Below, piece by piece: positions 36,851-49,184 of a DNA stretch of 64,000 bases. Below the pieces are notes generated by a model that searched no databases, was not told the origin of the DNA, and saw only the letters and a program-made list of their open reading frames with translations. Position 1 is the first letter of the stretch; each line of letters begins with the position of its first letter. The position numbers and the translations under genes are program-made. Source of the stretch: Callorhinchus milii (lineage: Eukaryota); assembly GCF_018977255.1 (NCBI RefSeq), contig NW_024704743.1, forward strand, positions 103,666,001 through 103,730,000, in the 5' to 3' direction.

Positions 36851-37463
36851 TCTCTTTTTCTTAGATTCCCAAGTTCTCACAGGTTAAACTTTTAGATCAC
36901 AATCCACATCCGTTTACAAAGTAATTTATCAAATGCTGTTTTGATAATACTCAACTGATTGAGTTTCAGGTTTCAGATAAAAGTATAAAATACTTTATTC
37001 TCTAATTTATTGGACTCAGACCTCAAACTCTCTTTATTTTTTTTGTCTTTCTCCCTCTTTCTAGCTTCCCTTTTTTGCAGTAACCATTCCATTCCATATT
37101 CTGCAATGTCCTGACGTGATCCTAGTTGTGATTATTAACTCATTCTTAAACTGAATATTTACTCCATACGTTGAATCCAATGCAGTCCTAAACATTTAAT
37201 ACACTTTGCAATAAGGTGATTTATAAAAGATTTATAAAATTGAGCAGATTAGATATTATACTCAAATCTATTTCCAAAACGCAAGAGCAAATGACGCATG
37301 TAACTCACAGGAGGATTATGCTGATAGTTAAATACAGATTTTGCGGGGTTTCATCTCACAGCAGTTTGTGACATCTGGGCCCAGTCATTATATGGGCTAG
37401 AATCTAATCCACAAATACAAGCTAATTTAAGTAATATACATCTATCATGATAACAATGATTGT

Positions 37464-38063
37464 TACGCCAACTCCCTGCTTGTCAGCTTTCCCAACTCTT
37501 CCCTCCACAAGCTGCAGATCATCCAGAACTCTGCAGCTCATGTCCCCTCCCATAACAGGTTCCGCGACCCCAAAATCCCCCACCCCCTCTCTGCCGGGCT
37601 CCTCTGAATCCCCATCCGCCAGAGGATACAGTTCATAATCTTTGTCCTCACCATCAAGGCCCTCCACAGCCTTGCTCCTTCCTACTTCTGTGACCTGCTA
37701 ACCCCATATCAACTTGTCCACTCCATCTGCTCAGCAGACTGCGGCCTGCTCCACGTCCCTCATCACCCCACCATCGGTGATTGGGCCTTCAGCCCCTCTG
37801 CCCCGACCCTTTGGAACTCCATCCCACATTCCCTTTGCCTCGCTCTCTCTTTTGCCTCCAACAAGGCACATCTCAAAACCCTCCTCTTCGATCGCTCTTT
37901 TGGCCACCCTCCCTGCCCTCCACACTCCCACCTCCCTGCCTTTCACCCTCCCATATCCCACACCCCTGCTCAGGTCCAAATCTCTAACTGTCCAGCATCT
38001 TGGGAAGTTCTCCTGATGAAAAAGGTGCTATACAAATCTAATTTTGTATTGTATTCTATTGTA
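37464..38063 (+). mobile_element. L2 LINE 3' end
   Basis: Near copy of 24585-25152. Confidence 0.9.
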
Positions 38064-38285
38064 TAATAACAATAATAATCCTTGCATTTGACATAGCACC
38101 TTATCACGTCATCAAGACGTCTCAAAATGTTGCACAGGATATACTGCAAAGTGGATTGACTGTAGTTTTTGGGCAACTGTGTAGTTTGTGGGTAAGATGC
38201 GCAGCCAATTGCACACAACAATGTTTCACAAACAGCCATGGAGTGAGTGACCAATATTATTTGGGGGATTCGTTGGCCAGGATGA
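38064..38285 (-). mobile_element. SINE 3' part, tail-to-tail with the L2
   Basis: AATAATAATCCTTGCATTTGA...CAAACAGCCATGG...GGGGATTCGTTGGCCAGG. Confidence 0.85.
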
Positions 38286-38594
38286 TGATTTATAATCATG
38301 GGTGTTGTATTCACTGTGATGAGTTAATACAAACTAGCACACTGGTCTGTTAGTTATTACATAAATATGTGCACATATGGATTCCAGCATTAAAGTGGGG
38401 AGTAAAACAGTTCGCCCTGATACCAATGCATCATTTTAAAGGTCAGGCCCCCCAGGTAAATTCTTCTATATTAAACATACATGGGTTAATGAATGCATTA
38501 AATTAGCTGACATTAAAGTTCAACTTGATACTTTTCCATTTAAAAAAATAAAATGAATAATGTTCAAGGAATAAACTGTAAAAACTAGATCCTA

Positions 38595-38815
38595 ACTGCC
38601 TGTTCAGGTAGGCATCAAGGATCCTGAGATCCTATTGAATAAGTGAAGGAAGTGTCGCCGGGTGTCATGGCCAAAGATTTTCCAGTTAAAATTTATCATT
38701 CACTTGATTGCTGATGGTGGAACATTGCTCTATGCAAATTGGCTGTTGCGTTCAATCACTATACTTCACAGTGACATCTTACAAGGTGATTTAACAAATG
38801 GAATGATTATTGTAT
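38595..38815 (+). mobile_element. SINE family A fragment
   Basis: CTGCCTGTTCAGGTAGG...GGTGTCATGGCCAA...GCAAATTGGCTG. Confidence 0.65.
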
Positions 38816-39359
38816 TTTTTAATAAGGAACAGAAAAGTTTGGAGGCTGGAGACAGTGAGTGGAAGCATGTTCCTGGTTGTGTAATTGGACGAGGACACAT
38901 TATTTGGCAATAAACCCAGAAAAACAGCTCTCATTATATTATACCATTTATATTTGCATTTAATAACATTGCTGTGGATTTATGAATTTGTTCTTTAAGT
39001 TCAATACTAATAAATAATAATCACTGCATTTGATGTAGCACCATATCACATCATTGAAGCATCTCAAAACACTTCACAGAATATACTGTAAAATGAATTG
39101 ACTAAATATTTTGTTGGCAAAACTAATAGATGCATTAATTCATAGTTTAAAGTGTTTTTATGCTTTAATATATAGTGTTTCTAAATGCAAGCTCACAGAT
39201 GCTACAACCAGGAATACTTGCGGGCATAGGGAGTACATAGAGACAACTGGCCCCATCTCTGGCCCAAGTCAATCTTCTCTCTCAATAGATGCAAGCACTC
39301 CACATGGGGAGAAATAGGTTCCATATGATCCAGATGGATAGTGTATAAATCAACTCTGA

Positions 39360-39720
39360 ATAATAATAAAACTCACATTTGATATAGTGTTGAAACCTCT
39401 CTAACTTCACAGGTATTTTCTGTCAAGTGTAGTGTCTGTGTATTTTGTAGGTAAACCGGATTCACTGTGTATTTTGTGGGCCAAATGCAGCAGCCAATTA
39501 TTGCACAGTAGTGTCCCACAAACAGCGTGGATTGAGTGAACAACTTTTTTGGGGGAGGAATTTTTACCCTCGGAAAGTGATCCTCCAACTAACAACCAGG
39601 TTCCCACTTCTTGCTAGGTAAACTACTAGGTGTGGAGTAAGAAAACTTGCCAAAGGTTTCACACCACTCGAGAATTGAACCCAGGTCGTCTTGTTCGTGA
39701 GATGAGCGCGCTAACCATTC
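39360..39720 (-). mobile_element. SINE family B long form, diverged
   Basis: Reverse complement of 29527-29889 including the middle domain. Confidence 0.8.
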
Positions 39721-41924
39721 CATTGATTTGCCCAGAGATGCCGACCTTCAGATGAGCTGTTAATTTAAAGTCTGCCTGTTCAGGTGGATTTTTGAGATCC
39801 CATAGTACTAATTGAAAAGAGAAGGGGATTTTTTAACTCGTTTTCAAATAATTAATAATGTCCTGCTGTAAATCCAGACCTGTATATTGTTTTCCCTTTT
39901 TGAATTCAGGAAGGCAGCCCTCAGCATTTCCTATAGTATTATGATTCAAATTCAGTGATTCAACCTCTCTATAAAAACCTGCCAGCTATCACTCATTAGG
40001 AGTGACAATCATTCTGCTTTAAAGATGCAACCTATTTTGATGCATAAAAAAAACACAGCTCCACATATTTAAATGGTTTTGCAATCTATCATAATTGTTG
40101 ATCACAGATGAACATTCCCTCACAGTTGATAGCTCTTTTTAAAATATCACTGTTTAACAACCAGATTTAGTCTCTTAGATCATGTGCAGTTTAGTAATAA
40201 GAAGACACTTATGAATATATTGAATTAGTCACAGGGTCCAAGTCACAATAAAGTGGGCACTGAACCAACTTATTTCGCTGCAGCCTGTTAGTGCACATTT
40301 GATTCGAATTTAAATGCTGTCAACATATTCCTTTAATTTCCTGGTATTTTTATGGTAAATGGTAGTTGTTGGCAACCTTAAATTGCAGATAGTTAAACCC
40401 AGTCAGTTTCTTTTAATCCCTTGAATTGTAATCAAGAAGCTAAAAACTAGAAGTTCCGATCACTGTACTTAGTCATGACAGCCAGTGATCCACTGCTTTG
40501 CGTATAATCAAGATGCAATGGATCATGAAGTTTTAGTTCCTTTTTATGGCTTCATAATTAGTGGCTCTTGCTTGTAATTGAGAAATAGGAACCAGAAGGG
40601 ATTCAGATATGACAGTAAGTGGTTAGTGGAGTATGAGTAATCATCATTCTTAATTGGGGTGTGGAAGTCTGGAATGATGTATCTGCTTCAATTTAGTTTT
40701 TTCACTTATTTGTTTGGTACAAGATGGGTATAATTACTTTATTTTAAGAATACTGAGGCATAGTGTTTTTTTTCAAAGGAAGATGAAACTCAAATTACCT
40801 GCCTCAGGTGTCAGTCTTGCTCAGTTTGGTAGTAGTTTATCATCTCTTGAATCAGAATGTTGTGGGTTCAAGCCCCACATTGGGACTTTCAGCTCATAGT
40901 CTAGATGCAGTGCTGGAGCCCATCTAAAGCGCAGTGGATGAGGTAGATTTTAAGGTAGGATACATACATATGCTGGCAATCTTAAAAGTGTCACTACTTT
41001 GAGATCCCTGGCAGTAGTCCACATGACCCAAAGAGCATTTTCTCCAGTAAATCCCCATTGCAGCATTCAGAGTCACAAGACTCCAGCTCCTAAGGTCTGA
41101 ATGGACATCCGATCTAAACCAAAGCCACGTGTCTGCCTGCTGTGTAGGGGGTTCCCAGAAGAAAACATAATTTATGTCTTAGGCACTTCTGACAATGGCC
41201 ACACTGAGGTGATGCCACTAGAGCATAATTTAGATATCTACATCATTTTGTTTAATGTTATCATTACCTTTTAATTTAAATCAGTTCAAATTGCACCAAG
41301 GTTCCTCCTCTTCATCAATTTCAATTCTGCTCCTCTGAGTTTATTTTATTTCTTGTAAGCTGTTTGCTTTAGATTCTCAGTAACTAATTCATTTCCTTTT
41401 GAAGTGTTGGCATCCTTTTTAGAATGTTTTGGAAGAACGTTCATTGTGCAATTTTTCTGCTGGTCAGGGTATTGCCTGCAAAATATATTCCCGTTAGCTG
41501 CCTAGTTTCATGTGGTTTGCTTGGCAGATCTAAAGCATCAGATACCAATAGATAAATCCATGGTGAGGAGGGATAATAGCAGCTGCTATCTTTGAGAAGT
41601 ATTGCCGCTCTTTGAAGACAGAATTAAACTGCTTTAAACATTTAATAGTACTCAGTTTTTATTTGGAAACTTTAATGATTCCAGTCAGTTTTGTTTCTTG
41701 GAGACGGCAGCAGTGGTGAGATTGACATTTTCCAGTGGGTTGAGATCCATTGCGTAAACTGTGGATTTTTTTTTCACCAGCCTTTATTCTTTCTAATTAA
41801 AGATTACTGGAAGTGTAGGCGATTTTTGCTTAGATACTCTATGTGCAAGCTTTTCAGTTGTTATCTCAATTGTCCAGGGAAATTTTGCTGGAGTTTTACA
41901 CTTGCCTTTTACATAGAATTAGAA

Positions 41925-42275
41925 CATTATATTGAACATTACAGCAAGGAAACAGGGCAATCGGCCCAACTAGTCCTTACTGGTGTTTAGACTTCACACA
42001 AGCTTCCACCCCTCCTCTTATACCCCTCTATTTCCTACTTCCTCATGGCTGAATCAGGTTTCCTCTTCAAACATCAATGATTTTTACTTCAACCACAGCT
42101 ACTGGCAAACAATTCCACATTTTCACCACCCTCTGTAAAAATAAGTTCTTCCTAAACTCTCTTTCAGATATGCTACTGGCTATCTTATGAAATATCTTTT
42201 AATTTTGGACACAACAACAAATGGAGACAGGCTACCAATGTCCATTTTATTAATTCCTTTCATAATCTTAAATGT
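41925..42275 (-). mobile_element. CR1 3' end
   Basis: ACAGCAAGGAAACAGGGCAATCGGCCCAAC tail; ATTCCACATTTTCACCACCCTCTGTAAAAA (FFTQRVV..WN reversed). Confidence 0.8.
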
Positions 42276-42744
42276 TGAGCTTAATATTGAGTTCAACAAT
42301 TGTAATTTCCTTGCTGACACTCAGTGCTGGTTGGACTATTGGACAATCAAAGCCTCTGCTGATTGACCAGGGGCATTTTGAATTTTGTCCTTGCTGCCCC
42401 CTATCCGATCAAGTTGGGAGCGAGAAATAGAAAACAAGCCACATAAGATACTGAACTCAGGTCCATTATCAGTGATGTAAATATTGCAACTATTTTTTTA
42501 ATTTCAGTTAACAATGATTTTCAAATTTGACTATGTGTTATCCTTACCCGTGTTTTTCTTTTGCACATTTAAACTGTCATGCAAGGAGATTTTTCTTTAA
42601 AAATTGTTTTGCGTTCATCAGCAACACGTTTAGTTTATCAGATCTGATACAGACATTTCAGTATACTCTACAAGTTGGTGGTAAGTTGCACAATTTACAA
42701 TGTGAAGACAATCCACCTTAATCTTGTGCAAATCTATAAAATAA

Positions 42745-43090
42745 GAATATAAGAATTTGCTAGGCAAAAGAAGACCAAGGTCCATTTAGTTTGCCTTCCA
42801 CCGTCCTGGAAGTCACTTGACATGTCATGTCCCAAACTATATCTTGTATCCTGAGATATTATTTTATAGCAGAAATCTATCTAATTTGTTCTTGAAACAA
42901 ATGACATTTTCTGCTTCCACTTTCTCCTTACGGAGTCTGTTTCATAATAATTTACTCTCAAAAACTCTTGGTAATTGGATCTCAGTGGTGTGTTGCCTGG
43001 TCTAGGTTATATTTGAAATACTATTTGTAGGATCTTACCATGCACAAATTGATTTTTGTCTGTTTTACTCCTCTAAGTTAAGAGCCACAA
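42745..43090 (-). mobile_element. CR1 3' end, second subfamily
   Basis: TAAGAATATAAGAATTTGC..GGCAAAAGAAGACCAAGGTCCAT tail. Confidence 0.6.
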
Positions 43091-43629
43091 TTTTTGTTAG
43101 AGAATTAGGAATGGTAGCATGGGTGCTCTGGAGGGATGAGATCAGATCAGCGTCTTATTCATCCAAACTAGTCCTGTAATCTTGTGGATTCATGAAGAAG
43201 AAAGTCTTGAAACCAGAAAGTCAACTTTTCTTTTACTCTTTCAGGTGTTTGGTCAGTTGTTATGTGGGAGGAGTATTTTTGCACTCTCGGTCAGAGAACA
43301 TTATTGAATGATTTTACAAGTGACCTACGTGATATTTGCCTGACACTTTGTCCTGTCTACCGGTGGAAAAGTACCCAGCTACAGTAAGTACCTTGTCCTG
43401 ATGGCATTAAACAATATTGAGAACCGGAGAACTGTAGGCTTGAACCACATCCTACAATACTGTAACATCACAACAGCACTGATCAAAACATTTTAGTTAA
43501 AGAAGTAATGACTTCTTATGTGAGATATCAATTAACTATGTTTCGCTGGCCATGTTTGGCCAAATTCAAGAAAAAGCATTTTAATTGTTAAAACAAATGT
43601 CAGTTTAACCCACAATAGGTATCAAATTT

Positions 43630-43790
43630 ACCCCATGGTTTTACATTCAATCCTCTGGGGCCAGTGGAGCTGAGTGAGGATGGGGGGGTGATGGGCTCTT
43701 GGAGTATCTGCGGGAGAGGACATGGGCTGCAGAGTTCTGTATGGTCTGCAGCTGGTGTAGGGAGGAGTTATGAAAAGGGAGACCATCAAT
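43630..43790 (-). mobile_element. L2 ORF2 fragment
   Basis: Minus strand PILTQLHWPQRI. Confidence 0.7.
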
Positions 43791-44439
43791 GGGAATAAAA
43801 TGTCCTCGGCCAATCAACCTGAATTTTGTAGTTCAAAGTTACAACAACTTGTATTTAATATAGGATAGGGTTAAGTCTAGTAGTGCTGTACGAAGAAGCG
43901 ATAGCATCTGTAGGAAAGTAGAAATCATTGTTTGGGTGAAAGGTTAAAATCTAAAATAATCCAAGAGAATGTTATATTCCAATAGTATACATTTGTTTTA
44001 TGCTTACGATTTATGTCTGACTTCCTTTGGAGCAAAGTTAACCATAAATTGGCAGAAATACTTCAATTGTTCGTGGCGTGTTACAAACTGATAGAAAGAG
44101 TTGCCCGCAGAATATTAAACATGTTATAGTGTTTGCTCGTTGTCAGTACAGAGATTCACTTTTAAATAAATAGAACGGAGTTCAGTACTAAGCTGGAGCT
44201 CCAGTTCATTGAATAGTTCTTACATGCCTTTTGTTTACTAATATGCATCTTATTATGCACGTTATGAAGCTTTTATAGTTCTGTTAACATGTGATATTTT
44301 CCCCCCAAGATTTTTCTACAAATTATGGATTTGCTGATTTAAAAGACGCTATTACTCACAAACACACAACATGCTAAACTAATTCCCAGCTGCATGTTTA
44401 GCACAGAATACAGAATTTAGCATCACTGTACAAAGATAC

Positions 44440-44730
44440 AGGGAGAAATTCCATCTGGGCTAAAGATTTGATAAACAGTGCTGCTTAAATTAAGTGTAAA
44501 CTATTGGGAAATAATGTTCTTTCGGATTATTTTAGATTGTAACCTTCTTTCACCCAAACAATAATCATGCAGTATTTCAGAGCATTCAGAATTTGGCACA
44601 ATCTTAAATGTAGCCTTAATTTTGAGACCAATTCTCTATAGAAAACCAGTTTCAGAGTTTGAAGTGAATTGAACAATTTCCAAAATTCTGGATGCTCAGA
44701 AATGCTTCAGAAAGTATACCTAGACCCACG
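44440..44730 (+). mobile_element. MITE-like palindromic element
   Basis: Terminus GGGAGAAATTCCATCTGGG; inner inverted pair CAGAGCATTCAGAATTTGG (~44578) / CCAAAATTCTGGATGCTCAG (~44680); ends CCTAGACCC. Confidence 0.55.
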
Positions 44731-44993
44731 CCCAAGGATTGGAGGAGCCAAACAATGCCTAGAGGCCCAAGAAAAATTTATCCCTGGGATAGACCTCCTC
44801 CCACCTCCACCCAAACTGTCTCCACTCCACTCATCTAACCTATCGATATGCATCCATTCATCTATCCTGGTGCTTGTCACTCAGTTTCTTCCTTGAGGGG
44901 ATGTGAAACCCGAGAGAAAAAAGTGTCTAATTTAAGGAAGAGAAGCTTTCCAGGATTATCAGACGTGTGGAGTAAGGAAACTTGTCCAAGGTT

Positions 44994-45316
44994 ATAGTAG
45001 TAATAATAATCCTTGCATTTGATACAGCGCTTTTCACGTCTTCTAGACGTCTCAAAGCGTTTCAAAGAATTTGCTGTAAAGTGAATTGACTGTATATTTG
45101 TGGGCGAAATTCGGTAGCCAATTGCGCACAGCAGTGTCCCACAAACAGTCGTGGATTGAAAATTACCAATTTTATTATTGTTTTTGTGTTTTGGAGGGAT
45201 TATTATTAGGCGTGTGGAGTAAGGAAACTTGCCCAAGGTTTCGCCCTGCCTGGAATTGAACCCAGGTGTCTCGCTTGCAAGGCCAGTGCTCTAACTACTG
45301 AGCTACAGGACTCCAC
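44994..45316 (-). mobile_element. SINE family B short form, full length, with 10 bp target-site duplication
   Basis: Flanked by GTCCAAGGTT (44984-44993) and GCCCAAGGTT (45317-45326); CpGs largely retained. Confidence 0.92.
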
Positions 45317-46049
45317 GCCCAAGGTTTCGCCCTGCCACCAAGCCACCGTTGTTAATCACTGGATATCTACCTAGAAAATTCCTCACTTACAGCTGAAAGC
45401 ACTCAAAGGAACTCCAGAAGAGCCCAATACCATCAACAGGAGACCATTGCTAAATATCCCCTATTACACTGCAGTGGTCCTCACTTAGCAGATAAGATTT
45501 CTAGCTTGCAGCTGCTGATTCTTTCTTCCTTAAAAAAAATTTCAGCCATGCCACAATAGCAAAATACCCTTCATTTGCTATGTATTATTCACTATTTATA
45601 CTGATTTAAGTGCTACAGGACGCTACCCCACGTGAAGGACACTATATAAATGCAAGTTGTTGTTGTTGATGATGATGTAAAAATTGTCACTAAGTGGGAA
45701 GCCAAATTATACTGATAGCAAGTGCTATTAATTCCTTGATATTGACATTGCCAGTGACTTCCCTACAAACAACAGGAACAGAAAAGTCGGTAATCCCAGA
45801 AAAGGGAACAGAAAAGTCAATAGACCCAGAAAATTCTACTCTTAAAGTTGAGTTTAGCCAATTTTCCATGAACTGGCATGGAAATCACAAGATACTAAGA
45901 TCAGTTTGGATTAAGAAGGCCCTTCGGCCCATCAGATCTCTTCCAGAATACATACCCTACTGTTCTCCCATCACAAATACAACACAAATTTACATTTATA
46001 TAGCACCTTTCGTGCCAGGTAGATATCCAATGATTAACAACGGTGGTTT

Positions 46050-46262
46050 GGTGGCAGGGCGAAACGTTGGGCAAGTTTCCTTACTCCACATGCCTGATAA
46101 TAATCCCTCAAAAAAAAACGCAATAATATAATTGGTCACTTCAATCCACGACTGTTTGTGGGATACTGCTGTGCGCAATCGGCTGCCGCATTTTGCTCAC
46201 AAATATACAATCAAGTCACTTTACAGTATATTCTGTGAAGCGCTTTGAGATGTCTAGGGGAC
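46050..46262 (+). mobile_element. SINE family B short form, head truncated
   Basis: GCAGGGCGAAACGTTGGGCAAGTTTCCTTACTCCAC...GTGAAGCGCTTTGAGA. Confidence 0.85.
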
Positions 46263-46594
46263 GTCCTCAAGAGCAATCCTTTCAGTCCCATTTACCTGCC
46301 CTTTTCCCTTACTCCTTTTTCCAGTCTGTACATTCATACTCTAATCTGCAGAGCAGCAAAGGTGCTAAAGGTCGGCTCAGTGACTACTGCAAAGCGGCTT
46401 TATGGTTTTCTTTCACCAAATCGAGAGGAGAAAGGGGGTGATTATCAACAAGGACTTTGCTAGGAGGGAAATGTCCAATGATGTGACAATAATAGTGACA
46501 TTGAATGTTATGTCTCACTCCCTTATATGTGTTTCATTTTGTTAATCATTTTGTTGTCTACTTTCTCATACATTTGTTTGCACCAGTTTCCTAA

Positions 46595-47099
46595 TGTGGT
46601 GTCGAACCCAGTTGCGATGTGCGATTGCTCTTGATGACCTGAAGCTCAACACGGAGTCAGTGCGGCATTTACTTAGCAAGCTTTATTTCACATATATATA
46701 TAGGGGGTGCAGAGCAGTAGCAACGACTTTCTTCGAGTGCTGCTCCCTACTCTGCACACCAAATGGGAGCAAGCACCTCACCTTTATACAAAATCTTATC
46801 GAGCTATGCGTCAATCAATAATCACGAGGGGACCCTCTAAACTGGTTACATTTCGACATAGTCTGCCTCGTGACAGGGTGTCTGTTTTTAGGAGACAATC
46901 ACTCTGTCCTTCATGATTAGATACATATAGAGAAAAACGACATTTTATAGAATGCGAAAATGCCGATGCTGCTAAACGTTATCTGAACCCAGAACCGATT
47001 TCAGACATGATTCCAGAATGCGGTACTGATACCAGACATCTGCTTATCTATCTTAAACAATGCCAACCATGAGCATTCGTGACTAACTTTATGACAACA
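46595..47099 (-). mobile_element. Solo LTR (Gypsy or ERV type), ~505 bp
   Basis: Minus strand TGTTGTCA...ACACCACA ends, TATAAA (46788-46783), AATAAA (46687-46682), CpG-rich relative to flanks; no exact TSD (CTAA / TATT). Confidence 0.7.
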
Positions 47100-47479
47100 T
47101 ATTTTTCACTTTAGGCCAGAGCCCCCTGGCCTCTTGCCCTTTAGTCTTTAATCCTCATGACTTGCTTAATTTGCCAACTTTGCAGGACGTGTTGAATTCA
47201 CCTTCCACAGTGGCTTAATCCATACTAGAGGGGAGAGGCTTGAGTTGGGTGCTACTCTGGACTTCGTATCAAGTGTTTTCTCTAAAAGGAAATTTGGATA
47301 TACAGAAGTTTTTGTTTTACTTTTGGACTTTGTACATCAGAGCAAGGTCTCTCCATCCAACTGTTGAGAAAAATAAAACCAGTTTTTCAGTGTTTATTTG
47401 TTTTTGTTTCCCTTAGGTTATTTGCCACTCTGTATTTTCTTTGTTGATCTTGTCTATACTCTGTTCAACTTTTGTTTTT

Positions 47480-47770
47480 GGCTCCCCATCTTCCCGTTTC
47501 ATGTTATGTATTTCTATTGCATCCTATGCTGAAGAAAGAATTTATGACCCAGACTGTAGTTGTTAGAGGCTGTGGTAAATGTGGTCCCAGTCGTCTCAGA
47601 TGATGAAGCCTGTCTAAATGATTATGTTTGTCAGTTCCTCTGCAGGGTTTTGCTCGATTCACTCTTCCATTTGTTTGGCAGTAATTTGCTCGGCTTTGTA
47701 CTTTCTCTAGTTCTACCACTCTGTCTGACATGAGATCAGCACAGACCATGGATCAAATGTGTTAGCTTCC
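47480..47770 (-). mobile_element. Old CR1 ORF2 3' remnant
   Basis: Minus strand VVELEKVQSRA...RLHHLRRLG...SFFS. Confidence 0.55.
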
Positions 47771-48778
47771 TACTTTACTTTTAAAAAAGGGAAATGACTG
47801 CAGGGAGGGAGAGTTCGATCTTCAACTGACCTATTACTGTAAAGTCCAGTGACTGTGTGTTTTGTGGGCTAACACAAGATGATCTTATTGGTAGATTGGA
47901 AGATGCACATGAAGTTCTTCTGTCTCCGGTACTTATACAATCTGGACCTTGAGAGGATTTCTCGCCCATCAATGAGGTGCCCATCATTCTCTGGAATTAG
48001 TTAAGCAGAGAGAATGTATATTCCATTTCAGATACAGAATACCCTAAGCCTGATTTGGATATTTTTAAGCATGGTGATGGGCTTCCACATGTGTAAGACA
48101 CGTGGCTGACCAAAAAAAAGTGAATGTGATAATAAGTGGAGACTCATCTATGTATCTGTATCATCCCAATGTATCCTTTGCTTTGGAAACAGATCCAATT
48201 CTTCAATAGCTTGAAGGTAGGCTTACTTTGACTAAACAGTGGTCCTGGATTTCTAAAGCATATGAAATCAAACAGAACAAAAGCTTAAATGGAATACTTT
48301 CTGCTACCTGGACTCACAGTGATTTTCTTAGAAAGAATTAAGTCAACTTGCTGTTTCACATCCATGATTTTGGAAACCAAACCCATTGTCAAAAGGATAA
48401 ATGTATGTATTACTGACAAGCTTGTTACCTGAAGCTCTGCTACCACCTCAGTTATTATACCGAAGCAAAATGTCAATCATCCTATGCATTCTCTGTTTTG
48501 GAATATTTTCCATTCTGAGAATCAATGCTATTACCTTGACATAATGTGAGATCAATAAAAAAATCAAAGAACCCAATTCCTTGCCTTGCTGCTAACTATA
48601 AATTGATGTAAAACACAGGATTGGCTTAATTCTTTCTAACAAAACTGTTGTAAGTCAAGGTTACTACTGTATGCAGCGGAAAGCATTCTGCTTCAACTTA
48701 TTTTCAATGATACATATTAAAACACATTAATAACTAACAAATAAGTTACAGTTTGGGTTTTGGAGGGTACAGGTAATG

Positions 48779-49184
48779 TAATAATAATACACCTTGCATT
48801 TGATACAGCACCTTTTGAATTGGGAGGATGGTCTCAAAGTGTAGTAACTGTATTTTGTAAAAAAACAAAACAACCTATTTGCATACAAGCAATGTTCTAC
48901 AAAAAGCCATGACGTCAATGACTAATTTTTGGGGGGAATTGTTGGCCAGGGTACTGGGAGAAACTCCCTTCACTTTTCGAATCATGGTCTGGGATCTTTA
49001 ACATCTGATCTGAGCGGCAAATAGGATCTTTATTGGATTCATCCAAACGACGCCACCTCTGAGAATGCAGCACATCTCCAGCACTGCATTGGATGTCAAC
49101 CTGGAATATAAGAGTTAAAATTTGCGATGCTTGAACCCACCACTTTCTGATCAGGGTGGAGAGTGCTACCAACCGAGCCAGGTT
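48779..49184 (-). mobile_element. SINE family A, full length
   Basis: Tail at 48779, Deu core GGGATCTTTAACATC, head reversed GAGAGTGCTACCAACCGAGCCAGG. Confidence 0.88.

Noticed and set aside
46676..46687. AATAAAGCTTGC (minus) matching the HIV-1 poly(A) region as I recall it
   Set aside because: 12 nt including the universal hexamer; expected by chance, not evidence of lentiviral origin
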